Origin: Nemertoderma westbladi
Lineage: Eukaryota; Animalia; Xenacoelomorpha
NCBI GenBank assembly: GCA_032718475.1
Contig: JAUCBJ010004103.1
Location: forward strand, 1-47,994
Length of the DNA stretch: 47,994 nucleotides
Reading direction: 5' to 3'
Positions 24,189 through 33,900 of the stretch are shown piece by piece. A program made the position numbers and the translations under genes. The notes beneath the pieces are model-generated. The model did not search any database, was not told the DNA's origin, and worked only from the letters and a program-made list of their open reading frames with translations. The first letter of the stretch is position 1. Every line of letters begins with the position of its first letter.

Positions 24189-24876
24189 TACTGCAGTACT
24201 GGACTAGTGAAGTTACAGTTACAGCCCAAATATGTCCTGAAATATAATCACAGTCTGTCAGAGTGTCATCCTGTGAAAGACAATGTGTGACAAAGTGCAT
24301 GCATGGACACTTTCTGGCTGTGAATGTTACCGGTAAATACTGAAATAAGTGGACAATTTTTGGCTGAGTTCCAGCCAGAAATTGTGCAGTCAGCCAGTGT
24401 TCCTAACTGGATATAGAAACTAGGGAAGTAAATTACATTGGTGAAGCTGTTCAGTCAGTCAGTAGGCCTATGGTAAGTTGAAAAAGACTGTAAGAGTAAG
24501 AAGGAAAAGGAGAAAGTTAATTAAGTGAGTAACAGTGTAAGGGAGTAGGCCTACCGGTAAGGGAAATGTTAATTAATCGTACCGGTACCAGTAATAGGTC
24601 AGTACAGTTATGAGTTACCGGTAATGCAGTTAATAAATTTTCACTAAACATAACTGATCATATGCCTGGTAGTAAAAATAGTATGTAGTAAAAATAACCC
24701 ATGCCAAACTGCCAAATAGGGTTGAACAGTAAAAGTGATAGACTACATGTGCGTGCATTAAGTTTGGTTTAATTCCATCAAAAACTTAAGACTTCAGAGA
24801 CTGCCCATGCAGCCATGGTTGTAGGCGTAGCTCACGCCCCTATTGAAAAGTTTTATTTTCTGCGCCGAACGCGGCG

Positions 24877-25135
24877 GTGGGTGCAAAAAATCCTGCGTCG
24901 GCTCTGAGCAAAACCACGCCGGGTGCAAAAAATCCTGCGCCGGCTCTGAGCAAAACCATGCTGGGTGCGAAAAATCTTGCGCCGGCTCTGAGCAAAACCA
25001 CGCCGGGTGCAAAAAATCCTGCGCCGGCTCTGTGCAAACCCGCGCCCATGCTGGGTGCAAAAATCTTGCGCTGGCTCTGTGCAATGCAAAATGCTGCGCC
25101 AGGTGAAAAATCTTGCGCCGGCTCTTCAAAGCTGC
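24877..25135 (+). repeat. 42-bp tandem repeat, ~6 copies (subterminal)
   Basis: GGGTGCAAAAAATCCTGCGCCGGCTCTGAGCAAAACCACGCC unit. Confidence 0.85.
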
Positions 25136-26145
25136 ACCGGACTGACTAGTATATATAAAACATAAAATCTCCATGATACATACTGTACAGTACCTTTAGT
25201 TTATTATGTTATCTATAATACAGTAATACTGCACCTGCATATAGTACTGTATGTAATGAATGAAATATGTATGTAATGAAACATATCCCACATGACCCCC
25301 CCCCCCTCCCATCCCCTGTCTTAGTTGATGGTACCTACAAGAGACATGTATTCATTTAAATACTGCATGATATCGTATTAGAAATTCAACAAACTTATGT
25401 TCCATAGAAAGTAATAATAAGATACCAAAATAAAAAAAGTAAATAATAATAAATAAAAAAGTATGGGGTTTTATGGATTTAGATATTTGATTATATTAAA
25501 CTTTATATGGTTTTAATAATTATTATTTCTTGCATGTTGAACTAAATCATCAGGTACAGCGTGCCATTAAGAAGTATTCATGGTATTGGCATTTGTTTGT
25601 AAAGAACTTCGTTCGTAAACATTCCGTTCTTTAAACGAACGAAAGTAGTGGGTGGGTGAAATGAAACTATGGATACAGAGACGGCAACAAGTACAGTAAG
25701 CTGGTAAGTGCGTTGTTTTATTCCAAAAGTGTAACATTACAAAACAACTACTTAAGAAACACTGCATGTAAATTTTTGTTGTCAATGTTATGTTTATTAA
25801 TATCGCCAGAATAACAATAAAATATTAATTTTTGCACATGTACATACACGTACAGTAGATTAAAATAAAATGAACACATATATGGCAAAGTACGCTCATA
25901 AGCGTACAGTATGTACTATTGTAATGAAAATACGGATAATGGTATTCAGGTAAAATAATTAAAATTATAGTTTATTTACAGTACTTACACGTTCGTGGGG
26001 CTTTCGCGCAGCACGAGAGCCTAAATTAGAAAGTACATTATAATATACTCTCTATTAGATATACGAAAACTGCCTTTCCTAAAATATATATGAGTGAAGG
26101 CTATCAAGGGACAATTTTACAATACTCTATAGGATACAACACAAC

Positions 26146-26367
26146 GGATGTAGGACAATTTGGTCCCGAACAATTCGGTCCGGACAATTCGGTCCCAAAA
26201 CACTAAATAAATGGGACCGAATTGTCCGGGACCGAATTGTCCGGACCGAATTGTCCGGGACCGAATTGTCCGGGACTGAATTGTCCGGGACCGAATTGCC
26301 CGGGACCGAATTGTCCGCGACCGTATTGTCCAGACCGAATTGTCCGTGACTGAATTGTCCTGCTTCC
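26146..26367. mobile_element. Mutator/foldback-like MITE of 15-bp units, nested in the 2.2-kb element
   Basis: GGACAATTCGGTCCC units on the left and inverted GGGACCGAATTGTCC units on the right. Ends GGATGTAGGAC / GTCCTGCTTCC; near-perfect 9-bp TSD CAACACAAC / CAACCCAAC. Confidence 0.75.
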
Positions 26368-27514
26368 CAACCCAACATAATCTTTTATTATGTGCAGTTT
26401 TATTTATACCCTTCTATGACAGCGGTGTCTCCATCCAAATAATATAATATAAATATAGCTTATACAATACAGCAATATGTAAATAAATAAACTGACTAAC
26501 CAATAGCAATAATGACTGATAAGCTGATAGCTGGAATTGTGATAGCCTACATGCCTACTTCATGACAGCATAAAGCTAAATACCTAAATAAATGACCAGT
26601 TGCAGTCAGCCAGTGTGAGTTTCTATTCTGCCTCCTGCATGGCCAGTTGGTTTTATTGTGTTGCTGTGCTGTGCTGATGAACGCATGTCTGCTGTCGAGT
26701 CGTGCTCTGTCTCAGTCTCACTATCTGCCTGGTGCTAGGTTCGGCTGATTTCTGTACCAGGCAAATATGTACGCCGGGTGTGCTGGGCTGATTCCTGCTC
26801 CAGCGCTGGGTCAATTTCTGCAGCGACGACGCCAGAAATATTTCGACACCTGCTGCGCCGAGCGCAGCATCTCTATCATTGCTAGCGCTCCGCCGGCTAC
26901 GCCGGCGTAGCACATCTCTGCGCCGACCATTCCGGCTCATTACCCGGCGTAGCACATTTCTGCGCCAGTTCCCGGCGCAAGTTCTAGTGCTGCGCCGAAC
27001 GTGTTCGGCGTACATGTAAAACTTTTCAACAGGGGCTCACGCTCTCATTACCTCCAAAAATATTATTTTTTTATCTGAGATAATTTATCGTGTGGCAACC
27101 AGTGCGACATTGCGTTGCACTTGTGTCAATCTTCATTGCATATTGCTTTTTGTATTTTCCAGATAGCCGATATATAACTGTAAAATATTGACTGATGAGA
27201 TGATACTATAAGTCCACAATATAGGCCTGCCTAGGTTCTATGCTACAGTCACTCAGTACTAAGGTTCTAGAGTTCTACTTCATTATATTAATGTTGAATT
27301 ATATAAGCATAAGCCTAGATCTGTAGATAGTATGTGTTAATGTGTGTGTTGGGCGTTATTGATTTTTATAACCATCAACGTATATAATTATTAAACACAG
27401 CATAAGCAGAGCTTACTCATAGTTACGGTATCTTAAATTATTGTTGTTATGTGACAGTGTGGTAATCAACACATATTCCAACATATATAACTGTACTACT
27501 AGTACTATACATAC

Positions 27515-28333
27515 TAGGGCTCGATCGGAGCTCCGGCCTCCGGCTCCGGCTCCGGCCATTTTGGCACCTCCGGCTCCTGCTCCGGCTCCGGTAAAAATAT
27601 TGCCGGAGTTAATTTTTTAATAAAGTATTATATTTCGTGCATATTCTAATCTGAACAATTATTTACACTAAGTACTGAAGTAAGTACTGTAGTACAGCTT
27701 CAATATCAAGCATAATACAGTAATACCGGTACTGCAGTACTGCAGTATTACTTAAAGTCAATGACTGACTGACTGTACTGCAGTACTGGTACTGGCCAGC
27801 TGGCAGGCTGGCTGACTAGCAGACTATTACAGACAGACAGATAGGCCCTACTGTAAAAAATTGTAAATGCTATGAATGTACACTGTAGCTGTACCACTGC
27901 AGCCATTTACTGCTGTCATGCCATGCCAGCATACTGTACTGCAGTACTGGTACAAGTACGGTAGGTAGGCTACCTACAGTACACACTACACACCTCTACC
28001 ACAGTTCAGCAGTTAGTGAGTTAGGTACTGTAGGTAATATTTAGCCGTCAGCGTCAGGCCGTCTGTCCGTGATAACTTACCGGTAATTAATTACCTGTAC
28101 TTAAATTTTAAATTGAAAATTCGTAAATCTATAAATTATGAAATTAATTAGACCTACAGTATGATTGATTATGAGCGATTGGCGAACGATAACCATACTT
28201 TATTTTTTTTAAATAAATAATTAAATTTTTACAATTTTTGAAAAACTCCGGCTCCTGCTCCGGCTCCGGCCAAATTGTCCAACTCCGGCTCCTGCTCCGG
28301 CTCCGGCCAAATCCCAACTCCGATCGAGCCCTA
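27515..28333. mobile_element. hAT-family MITE
   Basis: 16-bp perfect TIR TAGGGCTCGATCGGAG, 8-bp TSD ATACATAC, subterminal CTCCGG repeats. Confidence 0.9.
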
Positions 28334-28434
28334 ATACATACATCTAGGTGAAAGTGGGGGTGTAGAATATTTGGGTAGGCCTAAGACAACAAGAGGAAAC
28401 AAGAAACAACTGAAGTTCATGCAGTATATTTATT

Positions 28435-28726
28435 TATCAAGGTGTACTTTACTCACAGACTCGCATACCAAATATCCCATGAACAAAATCCCGAAACAAC
28501 TCATGAACAGAACAGAATCCGCTGTAGTCATGAACCAGGCGCTCAAAATTTTAATTTTGCACCCACTTACTTACCTTGACAACAACAATATAAAAATTCC
28601 AGAAAGACACTTTATTATTATATTTCTATGATTAAGAAAATAATGTCCAAAGTCACAAAATGATCGGCCCGCGCTAATTTAAGCATCAGGCTCGCTGCAT
28701 GATCTGTTATTTAGTACACCTTGATA
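28435..28726. mobile_element. Possible short MITE
   Basis: 14-bp inverted repeat TATCAAGGTGTACT / AGTACACCTTGATA; TSD not resolved. Confidence 0.4.
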
Positions 28727-29223
28727 GGCCTATTTAATTATAGATACAATCTAAAAATTACGAATTTTTAAGATAAAATCAAACTGGAACTAATTCGTAG
28801 GCATAGGTTTCTTATAACTTAAATGAGAATAACATGGCCATATTTCAACTTATTTTGTGTTTGAATAAATAAACCACTACCGGTATATATATATATATTT
28901 TTATACTTAAATGCATTTTGTAGACTGGTAGGTCTCCGTTTCTTTAAGGCTGCTACATTATATATATATGTGGACCTGAAGGTAGTTATAGGCCTATATA
29001 CTAGTTTTGTGTTACCGGTATATAAGGTTGCTATTCATTTTTTGACAAGTTTTCTTGTTTTTTTTTATAGCGCTATCATACTAGTGTACCGTACCGTAAG
29101 CGTATTAATTTTCCAGAACTCGAACCCATAAAGCTATATAATATTTATGTATCGCATCCCTAAGATTATTTCCTGCTCCAATTTGTTATTTATTCAATCA
29201 AATTAATTCAAACCAGTAGCGGA

Positions 29224-29337
29224 ATGGAGAATGAGAACCTGAAACGTCACGCTATCTTGAACCAGTTTGTGGCAGCGACTGGGACTAGCTTTGAAGATGC
29301 AGCAAACTTGTTGGAATCATGTCAATGGCAGTATCAG
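29224..29337 (+). CDS. UBALD1: UBA-like domain-containing protein (UBALD1/2, FAM100 family), coding exon 1
   Basis: MENENLKRHAILNQFVAATGTSFEDAANLLESCQWQYQ resembles the UBALD N-terminus (..MINQFVLAAGC..LLQAAHWQFE). Phase-0 CAG/GTAGGG donor. Not in the ORF track. UBALD1 vs UBALD2 cannot be distinguished. Confidence 0.88.
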
Positions 29338-31316
29338 GTAGGGTGATGATAAATCCCCCCCTTCCTCCTGTATAAGGCAGTATCAGGAGGTAGGGTGATG
29401 ATAAATCCCCCCTCCTTCCTGTATATGGCAGTATCAGGTAGTGTGATGATAAATCCCCCCCTCCCTCCTGTATATGGCAGTATCAGGTAGTTGATGATAA
29501 ATCCCCCCTTTTTCCTGTATAAGGCAGTAATCAGGAGGAAGGGTGATGATAAATCCCCCTTCCTCCTGTACATGGCAGTATCAGGTAGGGTGATGATAAA
29601 TCTCCCCTTTCTCCTGTATAAGGCAGTATCAGGTAGGGTGATGATAAATCCCCCTCCCTCCCGTATAAGGCAGTTTCAGGTCAGCAGGTAGGGTGATGAT
29701 AAATCCCCCTTCCCTCCTGTATATGGCAGTATCAGGTAGTTGATGATAAATCCCCGCTTTCTCCTGTATAAGGCAGTATCAGGAGGTAGGGTGAAGATAA
29801 ATCCCTCCTCCCTCCTGTATATGGCAGTATCAGGTAGGGTGATGTGATGATAAATCCCCCCTTCATCTTGTATAAGGCAGTATCAAGTAGGGTGATGATA
29901 AATCCCCCATCCCTCCTCTACAAGGCAGTATCAGGTATGGTGATGATAAATTCCCCCTTTCTCCTGTATAAGGCAGTATCAGGAGGTAGGGCGATTTTAA
30001 ATCCCCATCCCTCCTGTATATGGCAGTATCAGGTAGGTTGATGATAAATCCCCCCCCCCCCTCCCTCCTGTATATGGCAGTATCAGGTAGTTGATGATAA
30101 ATCCCCCCTCCCTCCTATATATATATGTCAGTATCAGGTAGGGTGATGATAAATCCCCCTCCTCACTCCTCCTGTATAAGGCAGTATCAGGTAGGGTGAT
30201 GATAAATCCCCCCTCCCTCATGTATAAGGCAGTATCAGGTAGGGTGATGATAAATCCCCCATCCCTCCTCTACAAGGCAGTATCAGGTAGGGTGATGATA
30301 AATTCCCCCTTTCTCCTGTATAAGGCAGTATCAGGAGGTAGGGTGATGTTAAATCCCCCTCCCTCCTGTATATGGCAGTATCAGGTAGGTTGATGATAAA
30401 TCCCCCCCCCCTCCCTCCTGTATATGGCAGTATCGGGTAGGGTGATGTGATGATAAATCCCCCCTCCCTCCTGTATAAGGCAGTATCAGGTAGGGTGATG
30501 ATAAATCCCCCCTTTCTCCTGTATAAGGCAGTATCAGGAGGTAGGGTGATGTTAAATCCCCCATCCCTCTTCTACAAGGCAGTATCAGGTAGGGTGATGA
30601 TAAATTCCCCCTTTCTCCTGTATAAGGCAGTATCATGAGGTAGGGTGATGTTAAATCCCCCTCCCTACTGTATATGGCAGTATCGGGTAGGTTGATGATA
30701 AATCCCCCATCCCTCCTCTACAAGGCAGTATCAGGTAGGGTGATGATAAATTCCCCCTTTCTCCTGTATAAGGCAGTATCAGGAGGTAGGGTGATGTTAA
30801 ATCCCCCTCCCTCCTGTATATGGCAGTATCAGGTAGGTTGATGATAAATCCCCCATCCCTCCTCTACAAGGCAGTATCAGGTAGGGTGATGATAAATTCC
30901 CCCTTTCTCCTGTATAAGGCAGTATCAGGAGGTAGGGTGATGTTAAATCCCCCTCCCTCCTGTATATGGCAGTATCAGGTAGGTTGATGATAAATCCCCC
31001 CCCCCCTCCCTCCTGTATATGGCAGTATCAGGTAGTTGATGATAAATCCCCCCTCCCTCCTATATATATATGTCAGTATCAGGTAGGGTGATGATAAATC
31101 CCCCCTCCTCACTCCTCCTGTATAAGGCAGTATCAGGTAGGGTGATGATAAATCCCCCCTCCCTCCTGTATAAGGCAGTATCAGGTAGGTTGATGATAAA
31201 TCCCACCTCCCTCCTATATAAGGCAGTATCAGGTAGGGTGATGATAAATCCCCCCTCCCTCCTATATATGGCAGCATCAGGTAGGGTGATGATAAACTCC
31301 CACTCACTCCTGTATA
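29325..31316 (+). repeat. ~48-bp minisatellite (~40 copies) whose unit spans the exon 1/intron 1 junction
   Basis: Unit GGCAGTATCAG/GTAGGGTGATGATAAATCCCCCCTCCCTCCTGTATAW; the first unit overlaps the last codons of exon 1. Confidence 0.93.
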
Positions 31317-31412
31317 TTTACACTATCACGGTTAATTATTTATAATTATATATATATATATATATATTCCAGAAAAACGCGCAAGTTTGTTGTAGCTGAC
31401 TTCCGGTATATA

Positions 31413-31688
31413 TAGCGGTGAGAAACAATCAAAATTCGAGTTCGATGAAGAAGTAAAAAACTCATTATGACAGTAAAAACGGTTTTATTAATAAATAAGG
31501 TAAAAGAAGAGGTAATCCGAAATGCATTGACTCATTATTATTTAATTTGATTATTTTTACCTTATTTATTAATAAAATCGTTTTTACTGTCATAATGCTA
31601 ACTAAATAATTTAATATAATTTTACTGATAATATCAATAGTTTTTTACTTCTTCATCGAACTCGAATTTTGATCGTTTCTCACCGCTA
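31413..31688. mobile_element. Hairpin-type MITE with ~90-bp inverted arms, flanked by (TA)n
   Basis: TAGCGGTGAGAAACAATCAAAATTCGAGTTCGATGAAGAAGTAAAAAACT..GGTAAAA is mirrored at ~31554-31688; the right arm has a ~40-bp insertion. Confidence 0.75.
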
Positions 31689-32017
31689 TATATATATATA
31701 TATACCAATTAGTGCAATTATGAACTAGCTGGCATTAAAGCGGCCATGTAGTATATTGCAGTTACACACATTTGCATATAATTTTTATTTGGAATTAATA
31801 TATAATATTTATATTTTTATTGATATTAATTATTGTGGCCAGGGTCACGTTGCTTCATTATTAATATTTGTGATAATCTTATTCGTTGATGGATAAAGGG
31901 GGTTCAGCATGAGCATAATGATGAGTTGAGCACATTGGCTGCAGTTGAGTTGGGAGGCCACAAGGGAGGACGTAAAGAAGATTTCAGGTAGAATTTTCAG
32001 GTCTACCCTGAACCCCA

Positions 32018-32240
32018 AGCGGAATTGTTAAAGCGCCTGACATCCAACCTGAAGGTCACCTGTTCGAACCCGTCTGGTCGTCAATGTCGACTTTGCTCAG
32101 CTGTGGTCAACGGAAATCATAATAAACACACCTTTGGTGGAATAGTATAAGTAACTCGAGTTATGATGAGTGGCAGGCCTTGATTGCGCAAAATTGTCGC
32201 AAATACCATGATAGTGGGGTTGGTACTTTAAGGGAAGGAG
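32018..32240 (+). mobile_element. Degenerate tRNA-derived SINE (candidate)
   Basis: GCGGAATTGTTAAAGCGCCTGAC..AAGGTCACCTGTTCGAACCC is a tRNA-like head with a B box. The 3' limit is approximate. Confidence 0.45.
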
Positions 32241-32323
32241 CAGCTAATAGTGGCGGTGTTTTCTAACCAAAACAATAAACTAAAATATATTTTGTAATAT
32301 GTTATTTTTTTTATATTTTCCAG

Positions 32324-32425
32324 ATGGCTCTTAGTAGATTTATGGGTGAGGTGACTCTCCCTACCTGCTCTGGTGGTAGCTACGGTACCGGTACCAACTG
32401 TAAATATGGGCAAATGAACCACCAG
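32324..32425 (+). CDS. UBALD1: UBALD homologue, coding exon 2
   Basis: TTTTCCAG acceptor; MALSRFMGEVTLPTCSGGSYGTGTNCKYGQMNHQ (compare TALSxFFQE completing the UBA-like domain); CAG/GTTGGT donor; phases 0/0. Confidence 0.82.
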
Positions 32426-33345
32426 GTTGGTAAATATTATACTTTGTATTAATTGTTATTTATTGATATGAAAGTATGGGACATTTCTGGCATGGGCCGG
32501 GATTTAGGACTTATACTAATAGATTGAAACTTCTTATACCAATGCATCCCGCAAGCAGAAGCCACCCTCTGTCGGTCCGCATCTTTCTCCTTGTCTGCGC
32601 GCGCGACCTCTGAATCCAATTAGCGAAATTACCATTTCCGCCCCAAACACCCCACCAAGGTGGTTGATGTAATTGCGTACTGCCAGCACCCCCGATCTTA
32701 GTATCTGTAATAGATGGATAATGTAATAGATACACTTATAGATAGGGTGGCCAGGCCAGATGGTGTGGTAGTTGCAAGCTAAGAAATCAATTAGCCGCCC
32801 AACTAGGGCCACTGGTAAAGTACTTATTGGTGCTGGTATATATAAACTTAAATGGCTAAAAAAAATTAATTTCAATTTTCAATATTTTGACAACTTTTCG
32901 CCAATAGGTGATAGTTTCATTTCTACGTGGCAGATAGTATGCGATCGCTTTCTAAACAAGGTCATATCCTAATCCTAAAGGGTCATAATTATATTAGTTT
33001 TAAACCGGGATCCCGTTGAAAAATCTGTAAAATCCGGTTATCAATTGTAAAATAAACTGTTTATAATTTTAAGTTTTACCGGTACTAATATTTCAGCTGT
33101 ATGAAATAAAGTAATTTATAAAGTTTTCCAAAACCTACACTTACACAAAAGCTTACACAATTATATATAATATACTGAAAACTTTAAGGAGATTTAATCC
33201 AAAATTTGATTTTTTAATACGAACAAATAATATTGAAAATAAAAATAATTGACCCAATGAAATTTGCAAAGTCGTCACAATTTTGTAATTTTGACTTTCA
33301 TATTTAAGTTGCATCCCAACCTCAACCACACAAACTGCGTCCCAC

Positions 33346-33386
33346 CATGGAATACTAAATATAGACTATATTTAGTCTATATTATG
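33346..33386. mobile_element. 41-bp palindromic mini-insertion with 7-bp TSD (P-element-like CAT...ATG ends)
   Basis: GTCCCAC [CATGG..ATATAGACTATATTTAGTCTATAT..ATG] GTCCCAC. Confidence 0.6.
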
Positions 33387-33442
33387 GTCCCACCTGTTTT
33401 ATATTTGATATATATAATATAGTATAATAAATATAATAGACA

Positions 33443-33473
<31 letters not shown>

Positions 33474-33900
33474 ATTAATATCCCGCGTTATCAATGCTAA
33501 ATTCTCAATTTAGGGAAAGGGGCAGGTTACAGTGGAACGTTATTTTAACCAAAACAATAAACTAAACACAATAGAGTAGGTTACAGTTTTATTTTTGCTC
33601 GTAAACAGCTGTTATGTGCGTCCTATTTCCCCTGGAGAGTGATGAAATTTTATTGCGTCCAGTCCCCCTCGCCCCCCCCCCCCCCCCCCCCCATATCTGA
33701 ATATATTATTCGGACGTTCAAGCTATTAATTTCAATTTTCATATAATATAGTATTGATAATTAAAATTAATTTATTATTACTTTGTTTTATCTTGGACGC
33801 AATTTCTATATATACGGAATTTAGTACAGGATTCTTTCACGATTTAATACCTCCTGCTATTTTCCCGGATTTTGAAAAGACATTAATAGGATGACACAAT

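Larger units (their letters stand above)
23297..24409. mobile_element. Older MITE with CAGT(C/T)AGGAACACT ends, hosting nested insertions
   Basis: Left end CAGTCAGGAACACT, right end AGTGTTCCTAACTG. The two arms are homologous to the arms of the inner copy in the opposite orientation. TSD not preserved. Confidence 0.6.
24838..27034. mobile_element. Non-autonomous DNA transposon (~2.2 kb) with 8-bp TSD and subterminal tandem repeats
   Basis: TIR CCCTATTGAAAAGTTTTA / TAAAACTTTTCAACAGGG, with GCTCACGC on both sides (or a 6-bp CTCACG TSD if the TIR is one base longer). Confidence 0.8.

Noticed and set aside
24794-25174. Repeat-protein ORFs
   Set aside because: The 42-bp subterminal repeat is open in most frames by chance.
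29334-31345. Short repetitive ORFs on both strands
   Set aside because: Translations of the 48-bp minisatellite.
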